A stretch of 42,692 nucleotides of DNA from Candidatus Gastranaerophilales bacterium (GTDB lineage Bacteria; Cyanobacteriota; Vampirovibrionia; Gastranaerophilales; Gastranaerophilaceae): assembly GCA_944322835.1 (NCBI GenBank), contig CALUQF010000001.1, positions 1-42,692 of the forward strand, in the 5' to 3' direction. The notes beneath the pieces are model-generated. The model was not told the DNA's origin, did no database searches, and saw only the letters and a list, made by a program, of their open reading frames with translations. This document shows, piece after piece, positions 35,935 through 42,692 of this stretch; the stretch's first letter is position 1; each line of letters opens with the position of its first letter. Both the position numbers and the translations under genes were made by a program.

Positions 35935-36197
35935 TCTTTTCTGATTCTGAACCAGTTTACAAACTTGTTAAAAAGTGTACTTTCCGGAATATCTTCTTCT
36001 TTGATGTCCGGTTCTGATTCCAGCTCAATTTCGTTAGGATCTTTTTCTTCCGTATACTCAAACATGTCATCGTCCGGCTGGTCTTTGCGTTTTTTCCCCT
36101 GCCTCATATACATTCCGCCGCCGCCTAAACCGCCGCCGTCTTTATATGTTGGCTGTGCTTTGTTGATTGGATTAATATTGCTGAAATCAAAAGACAT
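35931..36197 (-). CDS. Small hypothetical protein
   Basis: GGGLGGGGMYM, then a basic patch and an acidic tail; overlaps the convergent gene by 4 bp. Confidence 0.65.
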   Translation of the reverse strand: MSFDFSNINPINKAQPTYKDGGGLGGGGMYMRQGKKRKDQPDDDMFEYTEEKDPNEIELESEPDIKEEDIPESTLFNKFVNWFRIRKD

Positions 36198-36294
36198 AAG
36201 GTTGATATCCTAATTTATACATTGCATGTATATTATAAACTATTTTTGAACTTTTTCTACCTTTTTATGCTAAAATCATACTTACGAGGTATAT

Positions 36295-37077
36295 ATGAAA
36301 AAATTTTTCGGTCTTTTATTTATATTTTTTATTCTTACTTTAACTGTTAATGCTAAAGATATGCGTTTTGTGCAAATAAGTGATATTAGATTTAATTCTG
36401 TTGATGATAAAAATAACTCTTTAGAAAAGGTTATTAAAGAAATTAATAAACAAAAGAATGTAGAATTTGTAATATTTACTGGAGATTGTATTAATAAGCC
36501 GGACAAGAACGACTTGGACGGATTTTTATCAGAGGCAAAAAAACTTGATATGCCATTTTATATTGTTATTGGAGACAAAGATGTTAACAAACATAAAGGT
36601 ATGTCAAAGAAAGATTTTTTAAAAACTGTAAAAAAACAGGTACGGAAATTTAAGCCGGAAGAGCCTGATTATGTTTTTGAATATAATGACTTTGTATTTA
36701 TTGTAGTTGATGGCTCAAAAGACGTCATTCCCGGTACAAACGGATTTTATAAAGAAAATGTTTTAGCTTGGCTTGATGAACAGTTGACGCAATATTCTAA
36801 AAACAACGTAATAATATTTCAGCATTTCCCGCTGATTCCTCCTTCTGATAGAGAAGCATATTATACTTTTAAACCGGAAAATTATTTGGCATTATTATTG
36901 CGTCATAATAATGTGAAGGCTGTTATTTCCGGGCATTTTGGTGTAAATAATGAAAAAACGGTAAATGGGATTGTTCACATATCAACTGCGGGACTTCCAT
37001 ATTACAGAATAATAGATATTTTAGACTATGATACAAACAATCCCACTATTTGGGCAGAATTAAAAGAAATTAAATAA
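36295..37077 (+). CDS. Exported calcineurin-like metallophosphoesterase (degenerate motifs)
   Basis: Signal peptide; FVQISDIR, FTGDCIN, IGDKD, FQHFP, SGHFG. Confidence 0.82.
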   Translation: MKKFFGLLFIFFILTLTVNAKDMRFVQISDIRFNSVDDKNNSLEKVIKEINKQKNVEFVIFTGDCINKPDKNDLDGFLSEAKKLDMPFYIVIGDKDVNKHKGMSKKDFLKTVKKQVRKFKPEEPDYVFEYNDFVFIVVDGSKDVIPGTNGFYKENVLAWLDEQLTQYSKNNVIIFQHFPLIPPSDREAYYTFKPENYLALLLRHNNVKAVISGHFGVNNEKTVNGIVHISTAGLPYYRIIDILDYDTNNPTIWAELKEIK

Positions 37078-37732
37078 GACAAGCCAGGCTTTTTACCATT
37101 CCACGTGCAAATCCCTTTACACCCTTAAATTTATTGTTTTTAGCAGTTTTAATTTTATTAAAGTCTAAATTCTCGCCATAATTATATTTTTCCAAAATTC
37201 CTTGTAAGCCCATTACTTTTTTAAGCTGCTTACTTTGTCTGTAGTGTTCTCTCAAAGAAAGCTTCTTTTCCGGCTTGAATTCCGGAGAGGAGGCAATGTT
37301 ATCACACAGCATGCTTCTTAAATTCGGCTTTTTCCCGCTTTCGGGATGATGGACTGAATGTTTACGATGAAACTCAGAAACAAAAGATTTTGAAAACCCT
37401 AAAAGATACAATATCATTTTGTCCAAATCGTGTGTAATACTGTCAATGGAATTTTTTCCAAATAATTCTTTCTCAACAAGTGCAAAAACTATTTTGTGGT
37501 CATACGTATGTTTTATGTTTTTTACATAATTTTTAGCGTAATTTTTTATTTTAGAGATTAAGCCAGAAAAACCGGCCGCATTTTTTTTAGCAACCGGTTT
37601 TTTCATAACTATATCTGCAGTTTTCACTGTTCTTAACGGCACACGCTCTCTAAAAGTTTCGCCGTTTGTTAAACGGGGTTTACTATAATAATTGTAATAA
37701 GGGTTAAAATTACACTTTATTTCCATATCCAA
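37070..37732 (-). CDS. Hypothetical protein with HD-like (DUF5662-like) metal-binding motifs
   Basis: HTYDHK, THDLDK, HRKHSVHHPE, MLCD. Confidence 0.55.
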   Translation of the reverse strand: MDMEIKCNFNPYYNYYSKPRLTNGETFRERVPLRTVKTADIVMKKPVAKKNAAGFSGLISKIKNYAKNYVKNIKHTYDHKIVFALVEKELFGKNSIDSITHDLDKMILYLLGFSKSFVSEFHRKHSVHHPESGKKPNLRSMLCDNIASSPEFKPEKKLSLREHYRQSKQLKKVMGLQGILEKYNYGENLDFNKIKTAKNNKFKGVKGFARGMVKSLACLI

Positions 37733-37759
37733 TTATTGCATATAAAATTTTGTGTGCAA

Positions 37760-38119
37760 CTATATGTTTACAAATCTTAAAAATTCTTTAAGAAATCCTT
37801 TTATTCCCTTTTGCCAGGGTTTTGCAGTGCCATGATAATAATCTTCATAATCGGCAATGATGTTTTGAGGTAAATCTTTACCGCTTACAAGGGTTTGCGC
37901 GATGTATTCCAGATAATCATCCTGAGTTTCTCTATAATCAAAATCGTTATATCTTAAATTTTCATCGGCCTCGTAATGAATAAGAGCGTGATATGCACAC
38001 TCAATATTCTTATCTTTGGTCTCTGGAAATAGCAAAACTGCCTCACGAACAGTCTTTCTTTGAGTTAAGACTGCATAAATTAATCTTCCGGCCAATTTTC
38101 TGTCATTTAGGTTATTCAT
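37760..38119 (-). CDS. Hypothetical protein
   Basis: 119-aa ORF in a run of minus-strand genes. Confidence 0.7.
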   Translation of the reverse strand: MNNLNDRKLAGRLIYAVLTQRKTVREAVLLFPETKDKNIECAYHALIHYEADENLRYNDFDYRETQDDYLEYIAQTLVSGKDLPQNIIADYEDYYHGTAKPWQKGIKGFLKEFLRFVNI

Positions 38120-38122
38120 ATC

Positions 38123-38365
38123 TTAATATGGATTTACGATTTTAAAATCAAATGATGGAGTTTGAGGCCCAAAGCTTGCTTCATATTTAAGCTTTGGTCC
38201 TTCAGAAAGGTCTATAACATTACTGTCTTTTGGTTCAAGCGGCTGGATATATTTTTCAAGCCGTCTTTGTGATTTAATCAGAGGTTCGTCCTTCTTTATT
38301 GTACAGGCGGACACACAAACTGCAAGAAGGGAAGAGCATATAATGAGACAGCAGATTTTATTCAT
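38123..38365 (-). CDS. Small putative lipoprotein
   Basis: GAGGT RBS before ATG 38365; hydrophobic leader with lipobox-like VSA|C. Confidence 0.6.
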   Translation of the reverse strand: MNKICCLIICSSLLAVCVSACTIKKDEPLIKSQRRLEKYIQPLEPKDSNVIDLSEGPKLKYEASFGPQTPSFDFKIVNPY

Positions 38366-38429
38366 ATAAACCTCACTGTTAATATTATAACATTGCATCC
38401 GGCGGGTTTTATCCTGCTAAAGAATGAGA

Positions 38430-39377
38430 TTATCTAATAAGACATGAGGAAAAATGATATATAGCTTTTTCAACAAGCTCGGGTTCTCTCGCATTGCAAA
38501 TTCCGGGTTGAAAAAATTCACATCGCGGGTGGAATTTGCAGCCGGCAATTTGTTCCTGAATTGCCGGAGGGGCACCTTCAATGGTTTTAAGTTTTAAAGA
38601 CGGATTTCTTGAAGGAAGAGAATTTAAAAGAGCAATTGAATAAGGGTGAATTGGCTTTTTGAAGAAATCTTTAGCAGGAGCTTCTTCTACAATATGGCCG
38701 GAATACATTACGGAAATATAGTCTGCATAGTTGCTAACTAGCGCTAAATCGTGCGAAATCAAAAGGATTGTCGTTTTTAACTCTCTCTTGATTTCGTCAA
38801 GTAAATCCATAATCTGTTTTTGAATAGTGACATCCAGTGCGGTTGTAGGTTCATCTGCAATTATAAGCTCTGCATTAGAAGCAAGCGCCATGGCAATAAT
38901 TATCCTTTGTTTCATACCACCTGAAAACTCGTGGGGGTAATACTTAAGCTTGTTTTCAATATCCGGAATTTTTACCATATCCAGAACTTCGCGTGCTTTT
39001 CTAACTGCCTGTCGTTTGGAGACTTTTGAATGAGCCCTTATTGATTCTATAAGCTGGTTTCCTACAGAATATAACGGATTGAGTGATGTCATAGGATCTT
39101 GGGGAATCAGTGCAATTTTATTTCCTCTCAAATCACGCATTTTGTTCTCTTTATATTCTAAAAGATTTTCACCTTTAAAGAAAATTTCTCCGCTTTTAAT
39201 TATGGCAGATTTGGGTAATAATCTCATTACAGACATAGCTGTTATTGTCTTGCCGCAGCCGGATTCACCTGCAAGAGCATGCATTATACCGCTCTTTAAA
39301 GATAAATCAACATTATACAATGCCTGATATTTATCAAAAAATAAGTTAAGATTTTTTATTTCTAAAAGTTTTTTCAT
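38430..39377 (-). CDS. Oligopeptide/dipeptide ABC transporter ATP-binding protein (OppD/DppD)
   Basis: GESGCGKT, QDPMTSLNP, FSGGMKQR, IADEPTTALD, SHDL, HPY, GCKFHPRC. Confidence 0.93.
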   Translation of the reverse strand: MKKLLEIKNLNLFFDKYQALYNVDLSLKSGIMHALAGESGCGKTITAMSVMRLLPKSAIIKSGEIFFKGENLLEYKENKMRDLRGNKIALIPQDPMTSLNPLYSVGNQLIESIRAHSKVSKRQAVRKAREVLDMVKIPDIENKLKYYPHEFSGGMKQRIIIAMALASNAELIIADEPTTALDVTIQKQIMDLLDEIKRELKTTILLISHDLALVSNYADYISVMYSGHIVEEAPAKDFFKKPIHPYSIALLNSLPSRNPSLKLKTIEGAPPAIQEQIAGCKFHPRCEFFQPGICNAREPELVEKAIYHFSSCLIR

Positions 39378-39439
39378 ACAATTATTTTACCCTTAGTTTT
39401 TGATAAAAGGAATAAGCAGACAAGATGATTCTAATTATA

Positions 39440-39655
39440 TTAACTTACTAAGCCGCCAAATGCTATAACATCTTCCCAGGCAGCTCCAGCTTCAAGCATT
39501 TCTTCTGCCGTAAATCCGAAAAGAGTAATCGTATCAATAACTTCATTTCTATTTTCAATATTTTTAATAACTGATTCCAAAGCCGATTCTCGGGTCATAT
39601 ATTGGAATTTATTGTGAATCCCCTGGTTTAGGCTTCTTCTTTTTGCTTTACCCAT
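39440..39655 (-). CDS. Small hypothetical protein
   Basis: Start overlaps the ROK stop codon; GGAGG RBS. Confidence 0.65.
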   Translation of the reverse strand: MGKAKRRSLNQGIHNKFQYMTRESALESVIKNIENRNEVIDTITLFGFTAEEMLEAGAAWEDVIAFGGLVS

Positions 39656-40530
39656 TATTCCAAACCTCCTAAGGCGAGAAGGGATGCTCCTATCATGCCG
39701 GAATAATTTCCTGCCTGCGCAAGTCTTATAGATGTCGGTGCGGTAACTATTTCACTATTAACCAGTTTTTCAATTTTCTTAACATCAACAAATTGTGCCA
39801 TTGAGCCGGATAAAACAACACAATCTGGATCAAAAAGATTAGCAAGTCCTATTATTCCGAGAATTATGTCTTTTTCCCATCTGTTAAAAATTTCTATCAT
39901 TTTTGAATCATTATTTTTAATTCCGTTTATTACATCATAGGTTGTAACGTCAGGGTTCTTAAGCTCTTCTTCCGCATCTTTTTTTAATGCGGTACCGGAA
40001 GCGTATGCTTCAAAACAATCCCAGCTTCCGCATGTGCATTTTCTGCGCTTGTCCGCGTACATTTTAAAATGCATCTCGCCTGCTGCACCGGATTTTCCCT
40101 TGAGAAGTTTGTTATTTATAATAATTCCTCCGCCGACTCCGGTTCCCAGAGTTAATAATATGGATATTCCGCACCCTTTTGAAGCTCCGACTTTATATTC
40201 GGCCCAGGCAGCAGCATTGGCGTCATTTTCGAGAAAAACTCTTTTATTACTTAAGCGCTGAAAATCAATTGTATAATACCCTTGAACAAGATTACCTGTT
40301 GAACCTATAACAGTAGTATTTTCATTATTAACAGCACCTGCTGTTGCAATTGCTATAATATCAACTTCGTGTTCGTATTTTGAAATCTGATTTTTTAGAG
40401 TTTCTTTTATACCTTCAATTGTTTTTGGGGTTGAAAATTTTTCAATATTACTTATGATACTTCCCGTCTCATTAATGAGGGTGCTGTAAATTTTTGTACC
40501 ACCGATGTCAAATGCAAGAGCTTGTTTCAT
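39655..40530 (-). CDS. ROK family sugar kinase (probable N-acetylmannosamine kinase by context)
   Basis: FDIGGTK, ENDANAAAWAE, TLGTGVGGG, GAAGEMH, CTCG...CFE; close to nanE. Confidence 0.9.
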   Translation of the reverse strand: MKQALAFDIGGTKIYSTLINETGSIISNIEKFSTPKTIEGIKETLKNQISKYEHEVDIIAIATAGAVNNENTTVIGSTGNLVQGYYTIDFQRLSNKRVFLENDANAAAWAEYKVGASKGCGISILLTLGTGVGGGIIINNKLLKGKSGAAGEMHFKMYADKRRKCTCGSWDCFEAYASGTALKKDAEEELKNPDVTTYDVINGIKNNDSKMIEIFNRWEKDIILGIIGLANLFDPDCVVLSGSMAQFVDVKKIEKLVNSEIVTAPTSIRLAQAGNYSGMIGASLLALGGLE

Positions 40531-40535
40531 TATAA

Positions 40536-40703
40536 CTACTTCCTTTTTTCAAAAATATCTTTTACAATAACATTATCAATAGTTTTCTGTGAAGTGTTAA
40601 TAACTTGTTTTACCGTTTTTTGTTCGGTGTTTGGCGTGTATGGATATTTTCTCATTATTTCCAGCAATTGTAATGCTATGTCAAAATTAGACATTAGTTT
40701 CAT
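40536..40703 (-). CDS. Small hypothetical protein (55 aa), absent from the ORF track
   Basis: GAGGT RBS in the nanE 3' end; MKLMSNFDIALQLLEIMRKYPYTPNTEQKTVKQVINTSQKTIDNVIVKDIFEKRK; fills the nanE-ROK gap. Confidence 0.6.
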   Translation of the reverse strand: MKLMSNFDIALQLLEIMRKYPYTPNTEQKTVKQVINTSQKTIDNVIVKDIFEKRK

Positions 40704-41382
40704 TGTTTAATACCTCTTTAAATCTTTTAGTTATTAACTGCGGTCTTGTGATTGCCGAACCTATTACTACACAGTGAGCGCCGTAATCCAATGCTTTTTT
40801 TACCTCTTCAGGCTCCCAAATGCGCCCTTCAAGAATTATCGGTACATCAAGCAAGTCGACAAGTTCTTTCAAAAGCTTAAAATCCGGTCCTTCAGAAGGG
40901 GCTCCTGATTCAAGCGTATAGCCTGCAAGTGTTGTGGATATTAAATTAGCACCTAAATTTGCGCAAATCTCGCCTTCTTCAACAGTTGAAATATCCGCCA
41001 TTGCAAGCCTGCCGGCGTTATGAATCATATCTATAATTTCCTGAACCTGACATCTGTCATGGGGGCGTGAGGTTCCGTCAAAGGCTATAATGTCGGCACC
41101 GGCATTGATTAAGGATTGTACCTCTTTTAAGCCCGGAGTAATATATACAATCTCTTTCCAGTTTTCAGGAAGTTTATCAGGTTTAGTAAGCCCGATTACG
41201 GGGATATCAAATGATTTGGCATTTCTTACATCTCTCGCTCCTGCAACCCTAAGCCCTCCGGCTCCGCCGTTAACTACTGATTTCATCATTGCAAACATGC
41301 AGTCCTCTTTATATAAAGGCTCCTCCGGCATTGCCTGAACAGATACGACTATTTTCCCTTTTAACTTTTCAATAATATCCAT
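40687..41382 (-). CDS. nanE: N-acetylmannosamine-6-phosphate 2-epimerase
   Basis: VSVQA...EPL, GGA.GLR, PVIGLTK, VYITP, MADIST, TTLAGYT, EGRI, GSAITRP. Confidence 0.95.
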   Translation of the reverse strand: MDIIEKLKGKIVVSVQAMPEEPLYKEDCMFAMMKSVVNGGAGGLRVAGARDVRNAKSFDIPVIGLTKPDKLPENWKEIVYITPGLKEVQSLINAGADIIAFDGTSRPHDRCQVQEIIDMIHNAGRLAMADISTVEEGEICANLGANLISTTLAGYTLESGAPSEGPDFKLLKELVDLLDVPIILEGRIWEPEEVKKALDYGAHCVVIGSAITRPQLITKRFKEVLNNETNV

Positions 41383-41466
41383 ATTTGAATTTTAACATAA
41401 AAGATTAGTATTGATAAAATATTAAAACAAATTTATAATAGAGTCAGGATATTTTAGGGGGAAATC

Positions 41467-42459
41467 ATGAAAAAAAAGGTTTTCGTCTGGGTGTTATCGG
41501 CAGCGGCTGTTGCAGTATGTGCAATGGCATTTGTAATGAATAAAGATGCAGAGTCGGAAAACACTTCTGCAAATGTTCCTGTAGAAAGTAATACAAAACT
41601 TAATAAAACATCTGTTTCAGTTCCGCCAAAGGAAGAGACAAAGGAGGTGGCTCCGGCAGAGCCTGAGACTCCAAAAGAAATTATCAAAAAGGGCGAGATG
41701 TATTCTTCACTCTCTAATAACCAGCTTCCTCTATCCGGAATTGTGCTGCTTAATGATTTAGACGAAGATATTCAGGAAGAAATCGGAGATGTTCTTGACT
41801 CTTCTAAAAACATTTTCATGCTAAAAAAACTTGATAATAAATTGCTTATGCTTGTAGAAAATCCTTCTGACAGCAGACATAATATTGATTTGCAGGAATT
41901 TATGCTTAATAGCGAGTCTGTTAAGAACTTGCCTTTTACAACACATATTGCTGGTGATGAAACCGAGCGGGATATCTGGGAATATGAAGATAATGATGAT
42001 ATGAAACGTCCGGTTAAACATATTAAGCACGATGAAGACAACAATGTAGAGTACACCGAAATCTGGAATTACTCTCCGGAAGAGGCTGTTAAATATGAGA
42101 TGCGGGACGGAGAGAACAGAGTCGTTTCTATCAAAAAAGAAACTATTGATAACGAAACCAGCTTAAGAGAAGAACATATATTCTATAATAAAGACGGGAG
42201 TACAAAACAGAGTGTTGCAATAAGCTTCAACGGGCCTGAAATAACGAGATTTACTTATTATAATTCCGAAAAGCCGGAAGACGGAATAATTATTTATAGT
42301 GAATTCGGTCCTGACGGCAATAAGACAAAGGAAACTGTTTATACTCCGGATTTTAAAGTTATAAACATATATGAGCCAGTATACAAAGACGGCGTTCGCG
42401 TGGGGATAAGAGTTTTGGATAATCAAAACCGGGAAGTGGAGAAGATTTTATCCAAATAG
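41467..42459 (+). CDS. Exported or membrane-anchored acidic hypothetical protein with beta-hairpin repeats
   Basis: N-terminal basic plus hydrophobic segment; YNKDG, FGPDGNK, YKDG units. Confidence 0.72.
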   Translation: MKKKVFVWVLSAAAVAVCAMAFVMNKDAESENTSANVPVESNTKLNKTSVSVPPKEETKEVAPAEPETPKEIIKKGEMYSSLSNNQLPLSGIVLLNDLDEDIQEEIGDVLDSSKNIFMLKKLDNKLLMLVENPSDSRHNIDLQEFMLNSESVKNLPFTTHIAGDETERDIWEYEDNDDMKRPVKHIKHDEDNNVEYTEIWNYSPEEAVKYEMRDGENRVVSIKKETIDNETSLREEHIFYNKDGSTKQSVAISFNGPEITRFTYYNSEKPEDGIIIYSEFGPDGNKTKETVYTPDFKVINIYEPVYKDGVRVGIRVLDNQNREVEKILSK

Positions 42460-42692
42460 ATTTAAGCCCTCTTTTTCGACTTTCTTGGGGCGTGTGAAAG
42501 CGTCCATAATCATACTTGCAGCACCTACTGCAAGACCTGTTGCGGTAGCTCTCCCCGCATAAGTCAAAAGTGCTTTTGCATAGAGTTTTTTCATATTTTT
42601 AATGAGCGGCTCTGCTAAGCCGGTTTTTCTTGCAAGTTTAACCCCTTTATAACTTGCCATCCCTTCTTCAAGAACTGTAGGAAGCCAGCAGG
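42448..42692 (-). CDS. Partial (3' end) hypothetical membrane protein
   Basis: Frame stays open to the window edge (..CWLPTVLEEGMASYKG..). P..LEE..AS weakly recalls the C-terminal motif of putative neutral zinc metallopeptidases. Confidence 0.55.
   Translation of the reverse strand, partial: CWLPTVLEEGMASYKGVKLARKTGLAEPLIKNMKKLYAKALLTYAGRATATGLAVGAASMIMDAFTRPKKVEKEGLNLFG

Noticed and set aside
203-42426. Numerous 60-150 aa antisense or alternate-frame ORFs nested in longer genes
   Set aside because: They overlap well-supported genes and show no recognisable motifs, so they are treated as shadow ORFs.

Overview
A low-GC, gene-dense bacterial chromosomal segment. By inference it is most consistent with a non-photosynthetic Cyanobacteriota relative (Vampirovibrionia/'Melainabacteria', Gastranaerophilales-like), judged from the style of the pilin-like protein and the many lineage-style hypothetical proteins. 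It holds housekeeping genes (nupC, dciA-like, nrnA, yihY, lpdA, panD, hom, oppD-like, nanE with a ROK kinase) and a TonB/ExbB/2xExbD locus preceded by two TrbI/VirB10-like exported proteins. It also has a three-gene block resembling aryl-polyene cluster accessory genes (MMPL exporter, methyltransferase, LpxL-like acyltransferase). No rRNA, tRNA, CRISPR array, transposase or integrase was seen. The most striking unexplained structure is the non-coding region upstream of a type IV pilin-like gene. Two 37-bp inverted repeats (4390-4426 and 5105-5141; 35/37 identical) are each a 14-bp-arm palindrome around an asymmetric CC/GG core. They bracket about 680 bp with an outward-facing sigma70-like promoter at each end and a cluster of REP-like hairpins inside. 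This is a candidate invertible promoter switch with no recombinase in the window. Also noted are six HLR1 (RpaB)-like direct repeats in intergenic regions and three small ORFs missing from the ORF track.
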